Positions 53,947-62,349 of a DNA stretch of 64,000 nt are shown one piece after another; the stretch's first letter is position 1; each line of letters begins with the position of its first letter. The stretch is taken from IMG/VR virus record IMGVR_UViG_3300044782_000023, one strand, 5' to 3'. Position numbers and translations under genes: made by a program. This DNA is from a virus. The notes below the pieces were generated by a model. The model had not been told where the DNA came from and made no database searches. It saw only the letters and a list, made by a program, of their open reading frames with translations.

Positions 53947-56622
53947 TCATGACGTCACCAGTTCCTTGAAGTTGTCGGGCAGAAGGCATGTCGGCATTCC
54001 GAGGCGGAGAAGAGTGGTCCAATCCTCTTCGGTGTTGGTGTAGTTCGGGTCGGCGTCCGCCGGACATGGCAACCAATAGGCTTGGCATTCGACGGGCGTG
54101 CCGTCACCGATCTGTACGGTGGCCCGGCCTTTCGCCTTGCTGGGCACATCGCGGCCGACGCCTGAGTCTCCGTAGATCATCAGGGCTCGGATGCCGTCGA
54201 TGGCACCAACGGTCGCTCGGCCCGGCAGGTTCTGCCGAACACCGGACGTACCGAACATCTGCGAGTCCGGGCTCTGCGTGCTGATGATGATGTGGATGCC
54301 GCACTTGCGGGCCATCGCAATGACGTCGGCCAGCGCCCGGATCGCCCCGGGGACCTTCTCGCCCGGCCGCTTGAGCGGATTATCATCGTCATCCTTCTCT
54401 CCAGACGTCCATACATCGAACACCCGGTCGTAGTAGGCCTTGAACTCGTCGAAGACGCAAATCCACTTCTCGTGGCTGTCAAGGGGTATGCCGCGCTCCT
54501 CGAAAGCGGTGTAGCGGCGGTCCATCTCGCGCTGGATCATGAACGCGACATCCCACAGGTCGCGGGGCTTGGTCACGATACTCTTCACGCCGGGCCAGCC
54601 CCGGAAGCCCACCATCTCCACTCGCTTCGGGTCCGACAGAATCAGGCGAACCTCCTTGCGGGAGGCCGAATCAGAGGCGGCGGCGATGATGGAGCGGAGG
54701 ATTGAGGTGTTATGCGTCGGGACGCATGCCTCTCCCGCCAGATACAGGCTGCTGGCGGAGTCCACTGTGATGCACCGGACGGGGACGCTCTCGACTGGAT
54801 TGACCGCGACGATGGAACGACGTCGAGACTTCCCATCGCTGACGGCGATGCCCTGACGATCCAACTTCCGAGGATTGCGGAAGACTGCTTCATGTGCGGT
54901 GAAACAGATCCGGTATGCCGTCGAACTGGCTTCGGTGCGACCCTTGCAGCGCTTGGTTCTCATGGTGGCCTTGAATCCCAGCCCCCGAGATAGTTCGAGA
55001 ACACCCCTGGCCAGTTTCTCGCTGGTCGACGTGTATTCGACGGTCCCCAGCGCAACATTCCCATCGCCGTCAAACAGACCGGCGAGCAACGCCTTCCGCT
55101 GCTCGATCGAGCCCCGGAGGTACGCCTCGGGAATGTGCTTGTTTCCCCACACGCCGAGCCTGCGCAGCCGAGACTCCACACCATCCCTCGTGACTGAAAC
55201 GGCGAATCGGACGTCATGGGCATCAGACCTCGGGTCTTTCCGTACTGAAGTGATCCGTGCGACCTTGCCGATCTCCTCGATCATGAAAGCAAGATCCTGT
55301 CCACCTGTGGTGAAGGACGCCTTCGTGCTTCCACCGTCTGCAAGCCACGTTCCGAACAGATAGGGATCTAGCGGCAGTTCCTGCGCTGGGTAATCAAGCG
55401 GACCGGCGATGGGAATCGCATGGTTGCGGGCGCCATCCTTGCGGCCGACTAACGTGGCGCGGACTTCCTCTGTCGTGCGTACCTGTGGCGGCCTGTCGTA
55501 CATCCGGCTGGCCGTCGTACTGGTCAGCCAGTTATGATCCGCGTCGGCGACGATCGTCGCTCCATCGCTGAAGACGACCTCGTAGCATGGACGTCCGTAC
55601 CGGACCTGATGAGCGTAGACAACGCGGCACGCCTTGCCGTCCTCGTCGAAAACCTCCTGACCCTGGACCAGTTCGCCCATGGTCGCCCAGCCCTTCGGCG
55701 TTGGCACGGGGGTGTCAAGCGCCAGGGCCTTCCCACTGTTAGTTTCTCCGATGATCAGCAAGTGGGACGTGTCCATCAGGTTGAATGAAACCCCGTCGGC
55801 GATCGGCAGAACGTACCAGGGGCGGCCCTCTTCCAGCCCAGGATGGTGAACTATCTTCGGCATCGCCGGACGTCGGGTGAACGACGCGCGGTCGTTCTGG
55901 GTGTCCCAGTCGGCGATCCAGCGGTCCCCGATCTTGGCCTGGATCTTGTTCAGCAGATCGAACCGCTTGTCGCTCTCATGGTCGGGGAATCCCGTGCCGA
56001 TGTAGGACACAGTGAAGGCGTTCATGCCCTGCACGTTGAGAATGCGCACGTCCCCCTTGGGGCCGACCGCTTCTCGCACGGCCATGACGATCCGTGCGAC
56101 GTCCAGTCCGCCGGGCTCGTCCTGCGAAACCGGTGAAATGGTTTTCCGGGGGCGGCGGCGCGCTGCACCTTTCTGGACCAAATAGGTGCCGAATGTGGCA
56201 CCGATGGACAGGCCTGACCAGAGCGCCCACTCCCGCGCGGTCGCCTCGTCGTGCTGAAACACGCTCTGCCAGGTGTACCCACCGAGGATCATTGACCCCG
56301 ATCCATACACCAGGCTTGGGGTCCATCGGTGCGGAACCCGGTTGCGCCGGGCGCGGTCGGCCGCCTCACGCGCCGTCTTCTTCTTGTGGCAGGACGTCAG
56401 CCGAGTGGACCCCTTCGGATTGCACAGCACCTGGAGGTTATCCGGGTCCGTGCGCTGCTCGGGCGTACTCTCGCTCTCCGGAATGATGTGGTCGATGTTG
56501 ACCGCGGATATGCTGAAGTACTTCCGGCACCCGGCGCATTGGTACCTGCGTGGGTCGCTCTTATGCTGGGCGAGGTCCAGCACGAGGCGCCGGGTGGCCG
56601 GGAGCAGTTTCGTCTGACTCAT
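53947..56622 (-). CDS. HNH nuclease - 2 TM - FtsK/SpoIIIE-type ATPase fusion with intein (891 aa precursor, about 551 aa spliced)
   Basis: CAGC...NIDHIIP...NLQVLC...CHKKKT; spliced Walker A GETNSGK/T, DPKRVE, Walker B VFDEF, ARKCGIHIIISTQ. Confidence 0.82.
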   Translation of the reverse strand: MSQTKLLPATRRLVLDLAQHKSDPRRYQCAGCRKYFSISAVNIDHIIPESESTPEQRTDPDNLQVLCNPKGSTRLTSCHKKKTAREAADRARRNRVPHRWTPSLVYGSGSMILGGYTWQSVFQHDEATAREWALWSGLSIGATFGTYLVQKGAARRRPRKTISPVSQDEPGGLDVARIVMAVREAVGPKGDVRILNVQGMNAFTVSYIGTGFPDHESDKRFDLLNKIQAKIGDRWIADWDTQNDRASFTRRPAMPKIVHHPGLEEGRPWYVLPIADGVSFNLMDTSHLLIIGETNSGKALALDTPVPTPKGWATMGELVQGQEVFDEDGKACRVVYAHQVRYGRPCYEVVFSDGATIVADADHNWLTSTTASRMYDRPPQVRTTEEVRATLVGRKDGARNHAIPIAGPLDYPAQELPLDPYLFGTWLADGGSTKASFTTGGQDLAFMIEEIGKVARITSVRKDPRSDAHDVRFAVSVTRDGVESRLRRLGVWGNKHIPEAYLRGSIEQRKALLAGLFDGDGNVALGTVEYTSTSEKLARGVLELSRGLGFKATMRTKRCKGRTEASSTAYRICFTAHEAVFRNPRKLDRQGIAVSDGKSRRRSIVAVNPVESVPVRCITVDSASSLYLAGEACVPTHNTSILRSIIAAASDSASRKEVRLILSDPKRVEMVGFRGWPGVKSIVTKPRDLWDVAFMIQREMDRRYTAFEERGIPLDSHEKWICVFDEFKAYYDRVFDVWTSGEKDDDDNPLKRPGEKVPGAIRALADVIAMARKCGIHIIISTQSPDSQMFGTSGVRQNLPGRATVGAIDGIRALMIYGDSGVGRDVPSKAKGRATVQIGDGTPVECQAYWLPCPADADPNYTNTEEDWTTLLRLGMPTCLLPDNFKELVTS
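54709..55728 (-). mobile_element. class-3 intein with LAGLIDADG endonuclease (340 aa) in the FtsK P-loop
   Basis: ALALDTP start, DHNW, VRCITV, VPTHN/Thr+1; LFGTWLADG and LAGLFDGDG. Confidence 0.92.
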
Positions 56623-56780
56623 GACCGACCTTCCTGTCCGACGCCCCGACACAGGCGAGTATCGGAGTCGGCGGCGAAATGTGGAGCGATCGTACGATCA
56701 TCGTTGACGCGCTTGATCTTTCCGCATGCTGGGCATGTCGCCACGTCATCTATGACGTGGCGACCCTTGCGATCGAACAT
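56619..56780 (-). CDS. 53-aa Zn-ribbon-like protein (absent from ORF track)
   Basis: MFDRKGRHVIDDVATCPACGK...PH...C; GGAGG RBS; TAATG and ATGA overlaps. Confidence 0.55.
   Translation of the reverse strand: MFDRKGRHVIDDVATCPACGKIKRVNDDRTIAPHFAADSDTRLCRGVGQEGRS
56737..56764. repeat. perfect 13-bp inverted repeat with 2-nt spacer
   Basis: GTCGCCACGTCAT-CT-ATGACGTGGCGAC. Confidence 0.9.
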
Positions 56781-57055
56781 TAGGACCTCCGTCGGCGATC
56801 GGCGCCGCGCTGGGCGAACTTGTCGGCCTTGTCAATGAACTCCTTCAGCAGGGCATCGATCTCGTCCGCGTCAGGGTCGCGGAAGCCCTCCATATACGGG
56901 CCGAAGTATCCTTCGTCGTCCATCCCGCCGGGCACCCGGCGGGTTTCCGTCAAGCCGCCCTTGAGGGCGAGCCGCTCCCGGGCATTGACGGCCTCGGACA
57001 GCACGACGCGGATTAGGCCAAGTGCGATGCTCGCGTCGTCTCTACGGTCGATCAT
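56780..57055 (-). CDS. hypothetical protein, 91 aa, first gene of the FtsK operon
   Basis: GAGGAG RBS. Confidence 0.6.
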   Translation of the reverse strand: MIDRRDDASIALGLIRVVLSEAVNARERLALKGGLTETRRVPGGMDDEGYFGPYMEGFRDPDADEIDALLKEFIDKADKFAQRGADRRRRS

Positions 57056-57082
57056 GGTTTCTCCTCGGTGCCGTCTATGTTG

Positions 57083-57112
57083 AGAGTACATCTGTTGACA
57101 TTGGCCTGTCAA
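57083..57112 (-). promoter_or_regulatory. promoter/operator for the HNH-FtsK operon
   Basis: TTGACA-18-TACTCT with TTGACA-N6-TGTCAA palindrome. Confidence 0.7.
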
Positions 57113-57966
57113 CCCAGCAGGACCTTCTCCCACCGGCCGATCTTCACCGCAGCGGCGGCCAGCGTAATCGTCTCCCCCGACCAGTCCTTCGTCTCCCTGA
57201 CCATGTCATCAGGAGTCCACGGGGACCGCTCGCGAGCCATCAGCCAGTCATTCCACAGCGGGTGCTCCCGAGCGGGCCACCGCTTCTGCCCCAACGCCGG
57301 TCTCGGCGAAACAGGCCGAGGCGCCGCGACCGGCGAAACAGGCCGAGGCGCCGCGACCGGCGGTCTCGGCGAAACCGGCTTCGGAGCCGCTGCGGCGACC
57401 GTGACGGTAGACGTGGGCGCCGCCGTCAGTCCACGGGCCTTCGCCGGGTTCGTCTCACCGGCCCAGACGGCGGCCCGAAAAGCCTTCGCCGACAGCCTCG
57501 GAAACAGCACCCACTGAATGGCCGTGAACTTCACCGCACGCCCGTCGATCAACTCCAGTGCCCGCAGCCGGTCACGAGACATCGAACGGGACCTGATCGC
57601 CCACAACACCGGCGACAGCGTCGACAGGACACCGAACACAATCGCCGGAGCGTTCGGTGCCACGAGGCGCGGCGCGAAATGGGCGTAGTTCAGGAGCCCG
57701 GCCAGCAGGCCCACCCCGTACGACCCCAAGCGCAGGCGCAGCGACGCGTCCCCGGCCAGTAGGGCGCGGTGCGCCTCGGCGGCCAGGTAGACCCCGATGG
57801 ACTCCACCGCGAGCGCGAAACCGACCGCTACGTACCAGAAACGGGAGCCAGGCGTCAGGTGCTCGTGCGCCCACATCACCTGACCGTAAGCGGCCACGGT
57901 GTTCACCAACAACAGCGGAACGACCAGCGCGACGTTCGCGATCAGGTCAGGGTGCTTCTTCTTCAT
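57109..57966 (-). CDS. DUF2637/Spd-like membrane protein with Pro-rich linker and C-terminal helical domain
   Basis: Four TMs, PVSPRP repeats; architecture like actinomycete plasmid spread proteins. Confidence 0.5.
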   Translation of the reverse strand: MKKKHPDLIANVALVVPLLLVNTVAAYGQVMWAHEHLTPGSRFWYVAVGFALAVESIGVYLAAEAHRALLAGDASLRLRLGSYGVGLLAGLLNYAHFAPRLVAPNAPAIVFGVLSTLSPVLWAIRSRSMSRDRLRALELIDGRAVKFTAIQWVLFPRLSAKAFRAAVWAGETNPAKARGLTAAPTSTVTVAAAAPKPVSPRPPVAAPRPVSPVAAPRPVSPRPALGQKRWPAREHPLWNDWLMARERSPWTPDDMVRETKDWSGETITLAAAAVKIGRWEKVLLG

Positions 57967-58208
57967 GCCCGCCGATACCCCCAGCCAATCCCGTCGACGG
58001 GGACCACGGTCATGGCGATCTTCGTGTTGGCCGTGGCTTGCGCAGCGACCCGGACGGCGGTCGCGTGGGTCGTGAACGCGACCACCTCGCCCTGCATGAT
58101 CACACCGAAGCCCTGATGCCAGTAGCGAGTACAGGGGACGTTGGCGTTGCTGCCCTGACGAACGAGTTTAGGCGTCGTGAACACGCCCACCCGTGACCCG
58201 TTACGCAT
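57963..58208 (-). CDS. hypothetical protein
   Basis: Coupled ORF. Confidence 0.45.
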   Translation of the reverse strand: MRNGSRVGVFTTPKLVRQGSNANVPCTRYWHQGFGVIMQGEVVAFTTHATAVRVAAQATANTKIAMTVVPVDGIGWGYRRA

Positions 58209-58416
58209 CAGCCACCCCGACATACCAGTGGTTGCTGCCGTCGGGCAATGGCGCGACATCCAGGCGGATGCTTGTGTCGGCCTGCATCATGTCCAGCGCC
58301 ATCCGAGCGGAGTCCTCGTCCACGAACATGACGATCCACTGACCCTCACGCCACGTCGGCTGCCAGCCCGACGCGGCCCAAGCCGGGACCGGTGTCTTCT
58401 GTCGCGGGTTCAGCAT
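58201..58416 (-). CDS. hypothetical protein, 71 aa
   Basis: Coupled ORF. Confidence 0.5.
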   Translation of the reverse strand: MLNPRQKTPVPAWAASGWQPTWREGQWIVMFVDEDSARMALDMMQADTSIRLDVAPLPDGSNHWYVGVADA

Positions 58417-58898
58417 GATTCCAACTTCCTGATCAGCGCCAGCAGAGCGCGGGCGGTTGACGGCTTCAGCCGAACGACGGTGTCACCGGACGCGGTGACG
58501 TGACTGGTGATCATTTCGACCAGTTCCCTGTCGGCGGCGCTCATCCGGCTACCCGCCTTGGCCTGCTCGATCGACTTGAACGGGCGCACGATCCGCCCGA
58601 GGACGTGCGCGTGCAGGACGTACACGCCGGAGCCGTTGCGTCGGTCCAACTTCAGGGCCACGACGGCGTCGCCCTTATGCATGGACGACAGCGCTCCGGA
58701 GACTTTCCCGTGGTGCTCTCCGGTTAGCACCTCGATCTCCGCCGATGTGGCCCCGATGGGGCCGCGCTCGGCGAGGATCTGAAGAATCCTCCGTTGACGC
58801 CGGGCGAGCGCACCGGATTCGACGGCCTGCTCGGCGGCTTCCTTGGACTGCTCGACCGGTACGTAACCGGCCGTGCCGTTGTAGGGGGCGCTGGTCAT
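58410..58898 (-). CDS. winged-helix DNA-binding protein
   Basis: RQRRILQILAERGPIGATSAEIEVLTGEHHGKVSGALSSM. Confidence 0.65.
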   Translation of the reverse strand: MTSAPYNGTAGYVPVEQSKEAAEQAVESGALARRQRRILQILAERGPIGATSAEIEVLTGEHHGKVSGALSSMHKGDAVVALKLDRRNGSGVYVLHAHVLGRIVRPFKSIEQAKAGSRMSAADRELVEMITSHVTASGDTVVRLKPSTARALLALIRKLESC

Positions 58899-58996
58899 GA
58901 GATGATCTCCCTTGTCGTCATGGCTAGAGTCAACCACGAATGACAAGCGGTTGTCAAGTCTACGACGGGCTCCGGCAGGTCACCCCGCAACAGGAA

Positions 58997-59029
58997 AGCC
59001 CCCGCCCCTCGAATGGAGGGGCGGGGGCT
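58997..59029 (-). terminator. intrinsic terminator
   Basis: AGCCCCCGCCCCTC/GAGGGGCGGGGGCT stem followed by TTT on minus strand. Confidence 0.7.
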
Positions 59030-59511
59030 CAGTGCTCCAGGTGGTGAATGATGAACGGCATCAGGGCCCAGTTCATGACCTGATACTTCAGGTCCAGCCT
59101 GGCCCGGGTATCCGGGTCGAGACCGACCTTCCTGGCCGGATTCTGATTGTCCCGGCCATCGGACATCTTCACCGTCAGCGCGCGGCGGTTGCTGCCGACT
59201 CGCATGTAGTACTCCAGGCGAGGCTCGCCCTTGCGGTGAGTGAGGGCGTCGACGGCGTCGTGGATTTCGGGGCCGAACGCGTCCCTGATGTCAGCCAGCG
59301 TGGCGGGGGTGTCCTCGACCACGTCATGCAGCCACGCACATGCGAGCGTTATCTCGTCGGCGCCAGCCTTGCGCAGGTGCTCGACCACCCGCTCCACATG
59401 CCGGATGTACGGCTCGCCGTCATGCTTGTTGACTTGGCCGTCATGTGACAGGTGGGCGAAAAGTCGTGCCTGGTCCTCGATTTCCGACGCCGTTGTCGTC
59501 ATCAGGCTCAT
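59029..59511 (-). CDS. HD-domain hydrolase, RelA/SpoT/Mesh1-like (small alarmone hydrolase-like), 160 aa
   Basis: HDGQ...GEPYIRH, AWLHDVVEDT, VDALT, VKMSDGRDN. Confidence 0.78.
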   Translation of the reverse strand: MSLMTTTASEIEDQARLFAHLSHDGQVNKHDGEPYIRHVERVVEHLRKAGADEITLACAWLHDVVEDTPATLADIRDAFGPEIHDAVDALTHRKGEPRLEYYMRVGSNRRALTVKMSDGRDNQNPARKVGLDPDTRARLDLKYQVMNWALMPFIIHHLEH

Positions 59512-59744
59512 CCCCGCATCTCTTTCACCACGGCGTCGATGCCGCCGGTGATGCGATGCTCCAGTCCGAGGTGGCGGATTGTAGCCGACCGAACTCGGTA
59601 GACACTGTCGTAGTGGATGGTGATCAGCACGCCGTCGCAGGTGGCGTAGTGGGTTGCGCTGCCCAGGCCCTCTGCGAGGCTCACATTCCAGCCGTACCGG
59701 TGTCCGGCGGCGACGATCCTGGCCGGGCTGTCGATGACTCTCAT
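59508..59744 (-). CDS. hypothetical protein, 78 aa
   Basis: ATGA couplings. Confidence 0.55.
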   Translation of the reverse strand: MRVIDSPARIVAAGHRYGWNVSLAEGLGSATHYATCDGVLITIHYDSVYRVRSATIRHLGLEHRITGGIDAVVKEMRG

Positions 59745-59917
59745 TGCTTGCCTCGCAGGTCGTTCTGAATCTTCCGGACCAGGTTGGTAATGCCACCGAA
59801 CTTCGTGGATTCCAGGTTGGCAATCACCTGATCCAGTTCGCGGACGGCGGCGTTGATGCGGGCCTGCTTGTCGGCGTTTTCACGTTCCGACTGTTCGATG
59901 CGGTGGGCGACGCTCAT
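59741..59917 (-). CDS. coiled-coil hypothetical protein, 58 aa
   Basis: TGATG coupling. Confidence 0.5.
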   Translation of the reverse strand: MSVAHRIEQSERENADKQARINAAVRELDQVIANLESTKFGGITNLVRKIQNDLRGKQ

Positions 59918-60457
59918 CAGAGCATCGCCTTCAGGTTCATGATCTTCTGGTAGTGCATGTCTGCGACCTCCTGGAAATCGATCTCGCGTCCTTGATTCTG
60001 GGCTGTGGCTTGGCTGTTGCGGGCTCGGGCACAAGCAAGACAATTCCGCCTGGGAAGGACGGACGGAACGAGATTTGGCTCCCGCAATGGATGACGCCGG
60101 GGGCAGTGTTTCTTGCTGGTCGAGAAGTGAGTGCCGTGCCCTACGCTGTCGCGTCGGTTGTCACTCCGAGTGCCCCAGCGCAGATTGCTCAGCACGTTAT
60201 TGGATGGATCGCCATCGCCGTGACAACACTCCTGCCCGGCTGGACAGGGGCCAACGAACGCCTGCAGTACGAGGCGATGGATTCGTCTGCCTTTTCCCTT
60301 CAGGTTGACATAACGACGCCCACTCTTCTGGGTCATGATCTTCAAGATCTGGCCCGAGAGCGCCCGTCCGAAAATCGAACGACATGCGGCAGACTCCGGA
60401 CTCGACCCTGGTCGGACACCTCGTAGACGTCCTGACCGGAAGCCAACGTTCTGTCAT
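59917..60457 (-). pseudogene. NUMOD4-HNH homing endonuclease disrupted by two frameshifts
   Basis: MTERWLPV / QDVYEVSDQGRVRSLP / SGQILK...IHRLVLQAF...CCHGDGDPSNNVLSNLRW lie in three different frames. Confidence 0.75.
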
Positions 60458-60705
60458 TTGTCCAGCATGGAGCGAAGTTCGGCCTTGATGCGCTGGGCGT
60501 CGGGGCCGGTGAAACTGCGGGCGTTGTTGAGGAAGTAGCGGACGATGTACCTGGCGTCGTCAGCGCCGTACGTGTCGTCGATGCTTTTGAGGTGGAACAT
60601 CGCTGCCAGGTACGGCTCGGCGGCGAAGTTGACACCGTTGCCCCTCCCGGACCAGATGGCGTTGATTTCTTCGGCGATCTCATAGAGTTTCCGGTTGGTA
60701 GCCAT
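60454..60705 (-). CDS. hypothetical phage protein, 83 aa
   Basis: GAAAGGA RBS; FAAEPYL...YFLNNA. Confidence 0.65.
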   Translation of the reverse strand: MATNRKLYEIAEEINAIWSGRGNGVNFAAEPYLAAMFHLKSIDDTYGADDARYIVRYFLNNARSFTGPDAQRIKAELRSMLDK

Positions 60706-60842
60706 AGGTCATCCTTTCATCGGTGACGAACAGTTGTCAAGTGGTTGTCAGGTCAGGTGTGGGTCGCGGAACAGCACGCCATCCTGGTGGAACTGCTCAT
60801 GAACCTCATGCTGGAACAGGTCCATGATCTGAATGGTGATCG

Positions 60843-60974
60843 TCAGGATGAGCACCATTCCTCCCCCGGGTCGGCGTCGGCGGGGCACCGGCCGCTATCG
60901 TCCAGCAGATACCCGCAGTACGGGCAGAAACCGTCCGGGTTCTCGTTCTCGTACAGGTCGGTGGGCTCGTCCAT
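60843..60974 (-). CDS. small Cys-rich protein, 43 aa
   Basis: FCPYCG...C...C; TGATG coupling. Confidence 0.45.
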   Translation of the reverse strand: MDEPTDLYENENPDGFCPYCGYLLDDSGRCPADADPGEEWCSS

Positions 60975-61234
60975 CAGATGCCATCCCTGCTTGGACAGTG
61001 CGCAGGCGAGTGAGTGGGGTAGCCGTTCCAGGTGGGGCATTCATCGGTGTGCACATGCTGGGCCTTCTCGATCTGAATCGAATGGCCCAGCATGGCCATG
61101 GCTTCCAGCAGCGGGGTTCCGGCGACGACCAGATCGGCGTAGTCGCCGATGGTCTTCTCCACCCCGTTGACCCTGATCCGGGTCCCGGCGGGCAGGCCAT
61201 GGAGTTCGCTCGTGTTCTCGATCTGCACGAACAT
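60974..61234 (-). CDS. hypothetical protein, 86 aa
   Basis: TGATG couplings; H...C...H...C motif. Confidence 0.55.
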   Translation of the reverse strand: MFVQIENTSELHGLPAGTRIRVNGVEKTIGDYADLVVAGTPLLEAMAMLGHSIQIEKAQHVHTDECPTWNGYPTHSPAHCPSRDGI

Positions 61235-61398
61235 CAGGCCACCGCTTCCTTGCGCAGGGACACCCGGACGTTGCCACGGGTGCGCAGGCGCTTGAGGCGG
61301 CGGTCGCCGTGGATTCCGGCGGCGTTGCTGCGGCGGCGGGCCAGGACGCGGTCGATCCGGTCCGGGTTGGCCTCGGGGCGGTAACGGTTCTTGCTCAT
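61234..61398 (-). CDS. basic 54-aa protein (absent from ORF track)
   Basis: MSKNRYRPEANPDRIDRVLARRRSN...; follows promoter at 61442-61471. Confidence 0.45.
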   Translation of the reverse strand: MSKNRYRPEANPDRIDRVLARRRSNAAGIHGDRRLKRLRTRGNVRVSLRKEAVA

Positions 61399-61441
61399 CT
61401 CGTTTTCCCTCTCTGGGGCGGTGTGCCGTGCTGCGAGATCG

Positions 61442-61471
61442 ACTCTACATCCGATGACAAGTGGCTGTCAA
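61442..61471 (-). promoter_or_regulatory. promoter/operator
   Basis: TTGACA-18-TAGAGT. Confidence 0.65.
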
Positions 61472-61515
61472 GCCGGTCAGGCCCGCGCGGATTGCCAGAG
61501 GGGTCTCGTCAACGG

Positions 61516-61722
61516 TCACCGCCTGACGCCTACATACACCGAAATCGTTTCCGTGCCCACGCGGACGGCGTGGCCGGTGGCAGCGGCGTGGTCCTTGACG
61601 TCCTGAAGAGTGTGCGGTCCGGACGCGCGCTCGAACCGGCAGTAGTCACAGACGGCTGCATCGTGACGACCATGGATCGCTGGGCCTTGTACGGGGTTGT
61701 CATGTATCCATGGTGGCGACAT
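61516..61722 (-). CDS. small Zn-finger-like protein
   Basis: CDYC...H...H motif. Confidence 0.45.
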   Translation of the reverse strand: MSPPWIHDNPVQGPAIHGRHDAAVCDYCRFERASGPHTLQDVKDHAAATGHAVRVGTETISVYVGVRR

Positions 61723-61761
61723 GACAACCGCCTGTCAACTAGGTGTTGATAGGCTGACCGG

Positions 61762-62349
61762 ATGGCAGAACCTCCAGAGTCCCCCGCCTTGGGCCGTCCG
61801 GTGAAAGATCCAACTTCCAACGTCATGGATCTGGTGCAGGCCGCCAACCGGCGCCAAGACGACCTACGCGAGATGGAGGCCCGCAGCCTGCGCCATGAGA
61901 TGGGACTGCGGGCCGAGTTCGACGAAAAACTGCGGCTGGCCGAGTCGGCGCGGATCGACGCGATCCGACTGGTCGACACCCAGCAGGTCCAGCGAGCAGC
62001 CGAAGTGCAGGCTGCACAGGCGCTCGCGCTGGCTACCCAGGTGGCGACATCGGCCGAAGCGCTGCGGACTCAGGTAGCGACATCGGCCGAAGCGCTGCGG
62101 ACACAAGCAGTGGCGGCACAGATCCAATCCGACGCGAAACTGGCCGAAGCGCTCGACCCAGTCCGACGCGATATCGCGGACCTGCGCAAGGTCCAATACG
62201 AGACAGCAGGCGGGAAGACCCAGGTCGTCGAGGCGCGATCCACGACGGATCAGGCTCGACTCAACATCGGAGCCATCCTTGGGGCTGCATCGGTGTTCAT
62301 GGTGCTCGCGTTCGGCATTGCGTCCGTGGCTATAGCACTGGCTCGCTAG
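61762..62349 (+). CDS. C-terminally membrane-anchored coiled-coil protein, 195 aa
   Basis: Helical QVATSAEALRT duplication; C-terminal TM. Confidence 0.6.
   Translation: MAEPPESPALGRPVKDPTSNVMDLVQAANRRQDDLREMEARSLRHEMGLRAEFDEKLRLAESARIDAIRLVDTQQVQRAAEVQAAQALALATQVATSAEALRTQVATSAEALRTQAVAAQIQSDAKLAEALDPVRRDIADLRKVQYETAGGKTQVVEARSTTDQARLNIGAILGAASVFMVLAFGIASVAIALAR

Noticed and set aside
53947-56622. Type VII secretion EccC or canonical TraB assignment
   Set aside because: Only one ATPase domain, no WXG100 genes and no evident C-terminal gamma domain; left as FtsK-like.
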